DNA of 63,008 nt, filler included, from Collodictyon triciliatum (taxonomy: Eukaryota), in NCBI GenBank assembly GCA_043381765.1. It is 4 parts of 4 records of this genome, joined end to end, with 100 filler letters (N's around TTAATTAATTAA, not from the genome) between each part and the next. Parts side by side here need not be neighbours in the genome. Positions count along the whole stretch, not along the records: positions 24,835 to 49,350 come from JBHJMP010001081.1; 3 more parts are not named here. The stretch is one strand, 5' to 3'. Positions within the stretch are counted from its first letter, which is position 1. Each line of letters opens with the position of its first letter. The position numbers and the translations under genes are program-made. Shown here piece by piece: positions 31,001 through 46,132 of this stretch. A model generated the notes under the pieces. It was not told where the DNA came from. It did not search any database and saw only the letters and a list, made by a program, of their open reading frames with translations.

Positions 31001-34000
31001 TTTCTTTGAAAATCGATGGTTTCTTGAAGCTTTCTAATCTCATCTTCTTTGGATGCAATTTTTGATTTCAATTCCATATTTTTACGAGCATTATTTTGTT
31101 TCTCTGCTTCCAAGGACAAAAGAAGGTTTTCTTTGGTTAGGTGGTTCATTTCGTTCGAGTATAGATAACTTATTATTTTAGTGGAAGATGACCCAAAATT
31201 TGAAGGAGCGATATCCCCCTTTAACACCAATTCCAATCTAGATCGGAAAATGGAATTTTTGAAGTGGAGTGTACTTAGCTGCTCCCAGTTGAGTGAATGG
31301 CTGTCTTTATATTCACAAGTATCAGCAGGAACTTGTGGAGGAGAATATGTGTTCCCGGTGCTAATAGCAATATCTTGGTCCCTATTATCACCTTCAGAAT
31401 CAGACACAGCAGCAGTAGTGCTTGTTTCTTGTTTTTGCTTTCCTGAGTTTCCAGGTGCAGGAATTATGTCTGCGGGTGCCTCTTGATTGGTGATTTCCGT
31501 TTCTATCATACTATCAACTTCTTCATACTGTTCATGCATCATAATTAGAGCATTTTGGATTTCAATCGGATATGCAGACTTCAACCAAGGATTACGTTGA
31601 AAGGCAACAAGTTGGAAACTGAGAATCAAGTTCAGCAAAACTTTCCTTTTTTCTCGAAAAAATGTGCGTGTAAACCTAGAACCAATATTGAATATATAGC
31701 TTATCATTTGGCATGAGAAAAGTCCCAAATTAGTTAATAATGTCTCCCATTTTTTCTCTGTGCCTTCGCCTCCTACTTTCTGACATTCTTTTTTTTCTTG
31801 GAGTAATTTCTTTATTTCTTCCATTACTTCTTTCATTCTTCCTCCAATATTTTCTTCTTTACTTTCCTTATTTCCATTCGTTTCTTCAACTTTCATGTCT
31901 CCTAATTTTCCATTGGAGGAGATTTCCGTGGAACCAGATTTATTCCCAATTTCTTCACTTTTACTGCCAGATATATCATTCTCAAGGAGTTTGTTTTCAA
32001 TTTCATCATAGTAATACAGTCCGCCTTCAGGGTATCCTGTGATGCTTATCTTCAATAAGTTAATTAACCCGTTTAGTTCCTCGTTTGAAATGAAAGAGCA
32101 TGATATGGGGAATGACGAAAACAATCGTCCAACAGTAGAGAGGCTGATGCATTCGGAAGCCCTGTCATCAAAAAAAGCAAAACATATTCTCTTGGCTCCT
32201 GCTTTGAGCTCCTCTGAAGAGCTTCCTCCAACTACAATTTTAAGAAGGTCGTAATAATTTGAAATAACTGAATATAGCCCTTTCCAAACAATTTTAATAA
32301 ATGAATTTCTATCCTCTGCAGAACCAAATCCGGTACAAGGCTGGAAGGATTTGTCCAACTCAATCATTTTCTTTGTGTATTTAATGCTATCGGCGTCCAT
32401 TATTATCTCAATGAATTTCAATCCTTGTATATGCATCAGGGGGTGCATTCCAGGGCTTAAGAGTTTGTAAATCAATTCGTATAAAGAATTGCATACCGAG
32501 AATACTTTGTGTCGATGAATATGGTGAGTACTTATCTTTTGGATGCACGAACATATGTCCAAGACATGCGATGCAAGATTTACTTCATCTCTATCGCCTC
32601 CTTCAGTCAGTTCATTCAACGCGCACATGCAAGTGACACGCCCAGAACTCGATATTTCCCATATCTTGAGCTTTCTTAGAAGCATAGGTTCTTGGGTGGG
32701 ATTTATTTCGGTATTTCTTGATCTATATAAGAGTGCAAATTTCTATATGAAAAAGTGCAGATGATCAGTTCTCAATCAAGATTTTCTCATATTTTTTAAT
32801 CATTACAACATAGTGGTGATATATTTTAAAAGGCTATTATATTGAACTCACATGCAAGTTCAGTATCGCCAAATGGCATAGGTTCTCCACGATGGATAGG
32901 TCTTTCTTTAGAAATTCAGTTCTAAGCTTATTTTTCACATCCGAAGGAAATCTGGGATATGTAAAGTTAAAGTAATTTGCCACAGATATCACATGTTCGT
33001 TCCAACAGACATCGTCGCCTCTGGCTTTTCTTAATGCTTCAAAGGCTCCTTCAACGCAACTATAATTCGTAGCATACTTAAAAGACGTGTTCAATGAGAA
33101 TTCCTTTTCGGTAATGTAACTAATTGTCGTATTTTGAGTCGACTTAAACTCTGAAGGCGATGAATCTGGACTAAGTTTTGTCCTCATCAAATTTCTCATA
33201 TCGTCAAAGAGTACTGAGAAATTCATTTCAATTTGATGGAAAATATCGGTATTCCAGTCAAACATTTTATGTAAGAATGTCCCATACAAATTTGCAGTGT
33301 CTAACATCAATAGCTTATTTTTCAATGCAAGATATCTCCTACGAATGTTACTCATGAATTGATTTAAACCTCCCAGGTGCATTGAAGAGTTTTTTTTATG
33401 GTCGGACCTATTAATGTTTGCTAACCTTGAATCAATTGACTTTTCGTAATTACTTAGGAGAAATACTGCAATAAAGTCAGCCATCTCAAGAAAGGACGGG
33501 TGTACAAAGCTCCAGTCCCCTTTGACAACGATATATCGATGTGGCACCTGGCCAAATAATTAGTTAATTGAAAATTCTGTGGGGATTGTGGGTGAAAAAA
33601 CTTCACAATATTTGGAATTTCATCCGAACGTAAGAAAAATACAAACAAAAAAAGCTGTACAAAATAGAATAACGAGATACCAACAATAAGTTATCAACAA
33701 ACCATTCCTTGATGCTCATCTGCGCCAGTTACGATATCCCTGAAGTTGCATAGGTTCCACAATTTCAGAACCGAGGCCTCCCAGTTTGGTAAGTAGCTGA
33801 TTTTCTCTTCATCGGCTACTCTCTTGAAAAAATCTTCTACGCGCAATTCATCCTCTAATTTGAAAGAGTCACCCTGGTATGTGATTAGTGTAGTCGTTCT
33901 CGAATCTGTCTTTGGCTTGCTGTAGTCCATTTTGAAGTAAATAATCTCAGGATTCAACAATGCTTCGTCCGCTACCCCTCCCGCCTGAAGCAGAGTGCGG

Positions 34001-34155
34001 TGGTTTTGTCTGATCAAGGCCTCCAACAACTCTGTCAGTAATTTCGTGTAATACGAGTCTGGGCTCACTCCTAGGCAAATGAGGGTGACATTTCGATGCT
34101 TCTCCCATCCCAGCGGGAACACGGCCTCACTTCCAACTTCAGCACGGTTTTCCAT
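25015..34155 (-). CDS. Giant NO VEIN/sacsin-like protein (~2,880 aa): GHKL ATPase + C-terminal DUF3883-like nuclease; 5 exons
   Basis: Exons 34155-33703, 33547-32852, 32742-26848, 26718-26044 and ~25950-25015 join in frame via phase-0 GT-AG introns. GHKL motifs 'ELYSSPAHFVHEIIQNSDDNDY', 'NNEKGFS', 'IGQKGLGFKSVF', 'LPFVIHSDWILVTNRE'. C-terminal 'GYRAEKL...GYDF...YFEVKG...FNISRNE' fits a PD-(D/E)XK DUF3883 pattern. Confidence 0.85.
26268..26545 (-). repeat. Coding 18-nt tandem repeat encoding GNQ(G/E)Q(T/A) hexapeptides (~15 copies)
   Basis: Plus-strand unit ACCAG(T/C)TTGT(C/T)CTTGGTT repeated inside exon 4 of the NOV-like gene. Confidence 0.95.
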
Positions 34156-34946
34156 GGATCTAATAGTTGCACAGTTAATTATTATTCCTAGCGGTACGCG
34201 GATCAGGCTTCTATGCCAAGGGTATGTAATTACCCTGAGAAGGTGGTGGAAATGGGGAACGGATAGAAACTGGGGATTAAAGTCCTACTGCCTCTTCTCG
34301 ATTATTCCAAGACACCGGGTTTCCCTGCTAACAAATCAACATGCAAGCAGGCCGGTCAGACTTAAGTACGGCGCTGAGTCGGAGACTTTCCTTAATTCTT
34401 TTATAGGGCAGATATCAGGGGCGTGAGACCAAATGTACCGTCTATGATTCGATGCCCTGGAATCAATTCTTGCAGACACATTATGTGCACTATGCGGTCG
34501 TTTTACTAGTTTTGTTTTTGAAAACAACCCTTAAATTGTGGGTTTTAACATCCTTGTTTATAATTTCCATATATAATATTCTAATCTGGACACGTTTAGG
34601 GCAGAATTTCAGCTGGGGTTAAATGTTAGATAAGGAAGACGGTCTTCTTTTGAGTGCATATTCATAATTCATTTATATTTCAATTATATTTTGATATTTA
34701 TATAATAAAATTTTTTCATTGTAGAGTAGTAAAGTAATATGTGCACTGATTCCACATATGGAAGGTCGAGTGCCCTTTGAATAACAAAACGTCAGTTTGG
34801 CTGTGGGGATTGTGAGGCATCTGTCAAATGCATCCGAACTCAGAAGCAAACCGATCGACCAGACCGACGGGCCTCGACGCCACAGCACTTCACCTGTTGA
34901 CAACCTCACTCATTCCCTTAACTTGTGCAGAGAGAACTTGCCGCAG

Positions 34947-38687
<3,741 letters not shown>

Positions 38688-38877
38688 GCCAGGTAAATCA
38701 GCTCTTGCATATAACGAAACTTGCGCTGTCACAAAATCATAATGATTTTGCATTATTAAATCAGTGACATCATATCTTCGACATCAAAAACATCTTGGTG
38801 TGCTCCGCAAAGTGCTCGTTTCAGTCTGAACGGAATAAACGAAACAAGAAAAAATATTTCATTTGCGTGCAAATGCG

Positions 38878-38980
38878 TACATACATACATACATACATAC
38901 ATACATACATACATACATACATACATACATACATACATACATACATACATACATACATACATACATACATACATACATAC
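38878..38980. repeat. (CATA)n intergenic microsatellite
   Basis: Direct reading. Confidence 0.97.
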
Positions 38981-39276
38981 ACAGAAATACACACACGCAG
39001 CCTCCATCACATCTTTGGAGTCTTGAGATCGTTCTCTCAAATACCGAGTTTGATCTGACATGTTCGTTGATGTCAAGCAAGTATTTACCGTGTTTGACTC
39101 TTCACTTCTTTCTTCGTCATCCCTCAAAACTCGCCCTGCTGTTTAAGCGCAGAGTGCACCAGATACAAAATAAACCGGAGCTGGGAAATCAGAAAACTAA
39201 AAAAGACAGGGCAAAAGCCATTCCTCTAAACTCAATTTATTTCTTCCTTGTTGCTCCGACCTGACAGACGCCTCTG

Positions 39277-41053
39277 ATGCCTCAACAAAACGCCCGATCG
39301 TATGTTCTCCCCCCAGTTTTCCCTCGACTTCAAAAGTACAATCTCTACGAGACAACGCAGGTGAGTATATCCATCCATTATACATTCATTTCAATCCTCT
39401 CTGCTCTTCTGTTACATATGGACAAGAATCTTATACTGAACTCATGGAGTACTTATCTCTTTGTCTTCTTATTATTCTTCACCGGTCGCTCGCTGATATG
39501 TTTTACATATGCGACTATGGTTATAGATGTTCAGTCAAAACTGCTATTTCTTTTTATAGAGATTTTACGTGGTGGGTTGGGATACATGCCGAACAAAAGC
39601 GCGAGTTCTGAAGATAAACAAACTGACATCCAAGGAAGATGCTGTTGATCTGATCGAAGACCAGGGAACTTATTCAAGATATCAGATTCTACAGCTCTTA
39701 CAAACGGTATTGTTACGTATTTTTCGCGTTTAATATTATCGATAGTTCCTAATAAAGAAACGAAAGAAATGAAATGATACCGTTTTATTGATATATATTA
39801 TCAGATTAAGATGGCTTCAAAGTCTACGGGTGGATTCATCGAGAAGGGAAAATATTATGGCATAATCGGTAATTCCCTGTCTCGAAATAATCCTTTTGCT
39901 CTTTTTTTTTATCAGATGAATTTATTATTCATCTATTGCAGTCTAATAAGTTTAATGGAACATCAATCTACATTTGAAGGAATACCCCGATTTCTTGGGT
40001 TTCCATACCTGCTTTTAATCAAGAAGAGGAAGCGAGTCGGATATATCGGAAGGTAATATCACATAGTACAGGATATTTTCACCATGTTTTCTCTCATGTC
40101 ATTCACATATTGGGAGTAATTGGCTCCCATAATAGTTCTTTAACTGAGAAACATCTAACAAAGAAATGATTGAACCCTTCATTACTATAAACAAAATGAA
40201 GGCACTCCATTTATACTGTCGCAGAAACTGAGCTCCTTTCTCTCGAGGCAGTGTCGAAAAAACCTATTTTTGACTCTCGATTCAACAACGAGGCAAAGTC
40301 AGAATATTCACGATAAACCTCAAAGCTAAATAGAAATAAATGAAATAATACACCGTCATCCAAGATTCACTTTGCATCATACTAGGTATCGCTCTATCTT
40401 CTCAGGACTTGATATGACAAAGAATTTTTACTTTAGCTACACTTACAATCTCACCGCTACCTTGCAGGACAATATGAAGGTTGTGCTTATTATCCACACC
40501 AAAAGCCTGGGTATATGTAGTGTGTATTTACCTTTGATCTGATCTCGATACCATTCTGATATTTTCTTATCTAAAAGACCTATGCCGAGCCACCTTTTAT
40601 TCCTCCATCTGTGGATGATGCTTTCGTGTGGAATTACTACTTGAAGCAATCGACAGATTATAAGCCCGAAATTCCAAGAGACTGGGCAATCGATCTTATT
40701 CATGGGTTCTTCGGACAAGTCAATATCCTTGAAGAAGAACCCCTTATATCCATTGCTAACATTTGAAGCGAAATGCATCACCCACATGATTTGCAGTTAA
40801 AGCGCATGTCCTTTTTATTTAAACAAAATTTTATGAATAATTCCTTAATTTTTATCTGTTCTTGTGACTTGCTTGTCATCTATCCATCCCATTTCTTACA
40901 ATTGGAGGTTCTGAGTCGTACTGTGGTGATTACCCTTATTGCCAGGCGTTCAAGATATTTCGCTGGAACAAGGTTCCTAAAGAGAGGAGTTAATGAATCC
41001 GGTTATGTTGGAAACTATGTGGAGACGGAACAAATTGTGCAAGATTGGAGTGT

Positions 41054-41142
<89 letters not shown>

Positions 41143-44100
41143 TCATAACTCGGATATTTCCATATAACTCGTCTTATAAAAGTCATCTCATAGGATTCCC
41201 TGACTATGGCCCATTTTCCTCTTTTGTTCATATACGTGGTTCTATTCCTCTCTTTTGGACTCAAGATTCCTCGATTATGGCCCCAAAACCCAAAATTGAA
41301 CGTAACATTTCATTCTAAGAGAACGAGCATACAAAAATAATTACTATTATTTTTTAGATATGATGCAGTAGTTTTTTTTGATTGTGAACGGAAGACTATG
41401 GACTCTTGATTAAATATCAAACAACAACAAAAAGTGCAACGAATAGATCCGTTCTACGTCGCCACCAAACTACATTTTGATCTCATGAAGAAAAGGTATG
41501 ACTCACCTATCACGATTCTGAATCTTGTAAAGAGCCACGAGAAATCTCCCAGAGAGTCGAAGTTACGGGTTCAATTTTTGGAAGCAGTCGAAACAATAAA
41601 CAATAACCTCGCACCTGAAGAGAAGTTACAATATCTTGCGTGGGATATCCACAAAGCATCGAAAGGGTAAGATGTGGCATTTATTTTTACTCTTTTTTTT
41701 CAAAATAGTAATCATGCTAACTTATGACTTAATAAATTCAGAAAAATTGATAACATCATGGATGCACGTGATTTACCTTGGACTTTGGAGCTATCTGACA
41801 AGAAGGAGTATTTAAAAAATGCTATCACGCTTTTTATTTTCTTTATCATTTAATGTGTTTATTCGTATGGTTCAATTCATATCTTTCGTAAAATCACATT
41901 TAGCGCCATTCAAACGCTGTATGAGATAGCTGAAAACATTCTCAATGTCGTGGGATTTTTTCACTCTGGTGAACAACCTACTTGCAGCTCCAAGTAACCC
42001 ATTGAGTTTCCATAATTAGGGAAAATTATAAAGAAATAAAATTTTATAAAACAATATGTACTTATTTAGCAATCGAACCTGCGCCCACCTTTTTAATATG
42101 TATATCTCGAAGACTTAAAGAAAACTTTGGAGGCGGTATTTCCTATTAAAATGATTAAACACAGGCATTCGTTATGCAAGGGTGGGATTCCGTATCGCGA
42201 TGGATTCCCCGGGAGAGAACAAAAAGGTGTGGCGAGAATTAACTGCATTGATAGTCTGGACCGCACCAATGTTTCAATGACGTGTATTGGTCAGTGCGCC
42301 CTGGCTTATCAGGCATGAATCCACCACATATCAATATGCCATAGAGATAAATAATTTTATAGAAGGATATTAATATCATCAAGGATTTGCTCATGAGATT
42401 TGTATCGATCATTTCAAAATAAACTACAGTTACAAGCTTTTGGAATTATTGATAAGCCTGTCCTCGACATCGATTCTGACATAGTGAACGTGTTAATGGA
42501 TTTGTATGGAATCCAAGGTGACTGTATTGCATTGCAGTATGGGGGCTCTGAGGTTTTGTTTTTATCTTTGAAGTGACCATTTCAGATAGGGAATATTATA
42601 GACTAATTACACATTTTTTTATTGTTATTAATTTAATTTTTGTTCTTTTCTACAAAATCTTTTCTTCTAAAACCCTCCAAGGCACTCCATGCTGTGGATA
42701 CATATCGAAACGATCTATCTTGGAGTTTTGACCCCAAAGACTTTCTCACTACCATTCGTCGCTACTACAGGTACCGGCTTTAAAAAGAACTTATTGGTTT
42801 TCCAAAAGGATTCTAAAAAGTACCTTGAACCCTAGTCCTAATCGATTTTGATGGTTTCAGTAATAACTTCACCGATGCGGAGCGTCAGCAGTCAATCAAC
42901 TTGTTTTTGGGGGCCTTCATCCCAAAATCTATTACGCCTCACATATGGGAATTGGAAACAGATCGAGACCTTCACAATCCTTCTCCAGATTCTCCGTATC
43001 TTTTAAAAAGGTTTTATACGCACTATCACAAATCTTTAAAAGAAAAAGGGCATAATGTATGAATATAAGAGATCAGTGGGGAAAATATTCAAGCTTGGTG
43101 GATATAATGTATCGAACTTGAACTATAACTCACTTGTTTCGATATGTAGTCCTGAGGATAGAGAAAGAACATACTCCAAAAGGAATACTCTCAGGAGGTC
43201 AATTTTGCCATCCAGTGCCCCGAAAGACAAAGTAATAATTTTAGTACGAGTATTTTAGTTTACTGCCTGTCTCTTCATCTCCAATCATACTTTGTGTTGC
43301 AATAGTCTCTGATTTTTTTTTCCTGTATGAAGAAAAATAATGAAGATGTGCGTGTTTTAGGAGTACTATGAAGAGTTTTACAACCCCACAAAATGCACAA
43401 ATATTGAAAAGCACATGACGTTTGGGTATTGCAGCCCCAAGCCTATCAATGGTTTGTTTGACGAAAATCTGAGGAGAAAGCAGATTCAGTCTGAACATCA
43501 CGAAGAAGGTCCTTGTCAACAGAACGGGTGAAGTCTTTAAGAATCACCTCCATTTCAGCTAATCCGCACAATAGATATAACCCGTCCAAAATTCACCTTT
43601 TATTTTGTCTCAATCTTCTCTCAATTCTGCACTACCGTTTACTGCTTAACTAGCTATGGAGGAAGATTCCGTGATTTTCGCTCACTGATGCAATGGAGAT
43701 TGAAAGCTGAAACAGCCCCCGTTCCAGTCCAGCCTGCGCCGCAATCTCCGGCCGTCGAAAATGATACTAAGTTCTCCACCATTCACCGCTCGGCATATCG
43801 GGAATATGGAATCAAACTCTATGAGAGAAAGGAAGATGAAGAAAAGTATAAAAGGTACGATTATTATATTATTTATTTTATTTTTGCAAGCTCCTTTTCT
43901 GCGTTAATACCTATTTTCCACACTTTGATTTGTGTGCATAAGCATCTAGAATGATGATGATTGGCATTAATGCACAGACTTGCTATCATGAACATATTAT
44001 AGAATTCTTGTTTCTTTTTTCTTTTTTTAGAATAGTTGGGACCAAAATCAACATGATTTATTTTGAAGTTTGGTTTGATGAATATATATTATTTGTACGG

Positions 44101-44496
44101 AGCAATCCACTTGTTTGCATTGATATTGTTTCCCTCTATCTCTGCCACCCATTCTGTTTTAGGTACTGCAAGTTTGAGCACGCGACAGCATCGAGCCCTC
44201 TGAACCCTCACAAGTCGGTTGCCCATCACCACTTAATGGAGCTCGTCCACCCGTCGGTGAAAAGAGGTGAAGACAGCAACTACGATGTATACGAAAATTA
44301 CTTGAATCTGGCTAATCCAAGGAAGTGGTTGAGCGAGGACTCTGACAGACAGTCCTTTTACGAGGACTATGTCCAACGCACAACATCCGAGGCCTTTGAT
44401 GAGCCCACAACACGGTGGTGGAAGACCCACATGGATGAAAGCCAAGAAAAGCCGCTCCTTAATCCTGATTTCGGTCTTGAATCCGGGTGGATATAG
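39277..44496 (+). CDS. FIG4: SAC-domain PI(3,5)P2 5-phosphatase FIG4/SAC3
   Basis: 'LQKYNLYET', 'LDMTKNFYFSYTY', 'TLIARRSRYFAGTRFLKRGVN', 'SSFVHIRGSIPLFW', catalytic 'RINCIDSLDRTN', 'GDCIALQYGGS', 'RRYYSNNFTDAERQQSINLFLG'. Confidence 0.95.
40723..40899 (+). other. AT-AC U12-type (minor spliceosome) intron in FIG4
   Basis: 5' end ATATCCTT, U12-type branch TTCCTTAAT at 40841-40849, 3' end TTAC. Removal restores in-frame 'HGFFGQV-K-LEVLSRTVVITLIARRS'. Confidence 0.88.
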
Positions 44497-45025
44497 CCCG
44501 ACTCCACCTGCTCGCCGCTGAGCCCCAAATAAACCGCCACGTCCGCACAAAGGCTGCCAAAGAGCCAGAGGCGCTGTTCCCTACGCTCGCTATAGTCAAA
44601 TGCGGAATTTATAATTATATTCTATAATTTCCCATATTATATTTTCTAGGTTATTTAAAAACATTGCATTTTAATAAAATATAATAATAGCGCTCATATC
44701 AATGACTGACCTTAGTGAATCCTGTTTTTGAACTTTTGTATTTTTGAATGTTGCAACACAGACCACAACTAACGAATACATTATCCATATGTGGATCTAG
44801 AATGGTGTCAAAGGAGTATAAAGTATTGTTCTTGTTGCTTTCGCCTATTACCACACTAGACAAATGCAAAATTGAGCAACTGACCCATGGAGGACTGACC
44901 CAAGGAAACACTGAGACCTCAACTACAGGACAGCACGGCAGACTCTTGCGCGATGGCAAGGTTTTTAATTACCACCAGACTATCTTATCCTACATGTCGT
45001 AACCAACCCCAGTCGGGCTGCTGCT

Positions 45026-45101
45026 GTGTTGGCTGATGACACACAACCCCTCTGAGTGAATCTCATTGATGAACATACGAATTCCTCGTTACTGACAACA
45101 C
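45026..45101 (+). ncRNA. Box C/D snoRNA, predicted guide for the 18S G equivalent to yeast Gm1572 (snR57-like)
   Basis: Terminal stem GTGTTG/CAACAC, C box CTGATGA 45033-39, D' CTGA 45052-55, C' TGATGA 45067-72, D CTGA 45092-95. Guide GAATTCCTCGTT is the exact complement of conserved 18S AACGAGGAAUUC; the D+5 rule hits the G of AAC-G-AGG. Confidence 0.9.
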
Positions 45102-45312
45102 GAAGACAACAACTTGCCCAAACCTTTTCGAATCTCTTCCTCACTATTATCGAAGTGACCCAAACCTCACTGAATTGCCTCTATTTTGCAATTGCAGCAG
45201 TTGACGTTGCTTGGAGTGGCCCTCCCATCCCAAGAGTGTCCATCTGCGTCGCAGGCAGCATGCGAGGTTTGTCTCAACCTATACAGCCTTGACTTCTTGA
45301 AACTTGGCAAGC

Positions 45313-45391
45313 TGTCTGGAACGATGATTAACACCCGATTTGTCTGTAACCTTTCGTGAGGACAACACATGCATCACCAACTGACCTCACA
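45313..45391 (+). ncRNA. Box C/D snoRNA, predicted guide for the 18S U equivalent to yeast Um1269 (snR55/U33-like)
   Basis: Variant C box ACGATGA 45321-27, C' TGAGGA 45357-62, D CTGA 45381-84. Guide CATGCATCACCA pairs with conserved 18S UGGUGGUGCAUG (one U-G wobble); D+5 falls on the U. Terminal stem is weak, so the 5' boundary is uncertain. Confidence 0.75.
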
Positions 45392-45542
45392 CTTGCACAA
45401 CACTCCTGTGCACGACAACTTAATATTACGACAGCCGAACTGTCATCCTAACATGAACTCACTGCAGGCTGATCAACCCCAGGCGCGACACTGCCATCAT
45501 TGTACTAGTAAATAAACCTGAACACAACTGATATCTTGGTCT

Positions 45543-45985
45543 TGGCTGAGGTGTGATTAGCGCGGCACCTACAGGATAAGTAGCGTCATTCCACTTGCGC
45601 AGAAGGCGAAGCGAGTTCCTACGCCGATCACCCCGTGCGCGTAAGCCACAGCTCACCAACCGCGCAAGGCAGGGCTTGGCTTGTTAATGTCCTCTGAAAG
45701 TCACCTCGCCACGAAGGAATAAGTTGGCCTATGAACGCCGGCCTTTCGCAGGAATCCTGAAACACTTCTGGTTGAAAGTGGCGCTCCTGCCTCGTTCCTA
45801 GGAATGAACCTTCTGTGATACACAAGCGAACATCCACGAGCTGTCATATTCTACTGCTCCTGAACTATTCCCAGCATGTGGCGACTCCTATATTAGAGGA
45901 GGAGCAACAATACACCAGGATCAGCTCTCACCTTCTGTGAGCCGAGGGCCCGCTGGGCAAAGAAAATGGGGCTGAGTCTCGGCTT
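45543..45985 (+). ncRNA. RNase MRP RNA (~440 nt)
   Basis: CR-I GAAAGTCACC (45696-45705) pairs with CR-V ...AATGGGGCTGAGT (45965-45977) to form P4. P1 GGCTGAG/CTCGGCT; P2 GTGTG/TACAC just after CR-IV-like AGCAA; TCGCCAC(45706)/GTGGCGA(45878) closes the specificity domain; P19-like hairpin CCAG...CTCAC/GTGAG...CTGG. GGGGCT in CR-V is MRP-type rather than RNase P-type. Confidence 0.8.
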
Positions 45986-46132
45986 GTTTCTACCTCTGCG
46001 TATCACCTCTTGAAGCACCCTGTAATTTGCGCTCGTGAACTGGGATTCGTTCTACGGGGGAGTGGCATTGTCATTGTTTGGCAGTCTTTCTCATATTCTC
46101 TGTCATCTTTGAAACTAGGTAGAGACTCTGAG

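Noticed and set aside
45001-45012. AACCAACCCC as a telomerase RNA template next to a TEP1-like gene
   Set aside because: No 1.5-repeat template or supporting structure; nearby sequence is explained by snoRNAs. No vault-RNA A/B boxes were found either.
45195-45290. Two hairpins followed by ACA (H/ACA snoRNA candidate)
   Set aside because: No ANANNA hinge, second hairpin too small, and the segment is better explained as a spacer exon.
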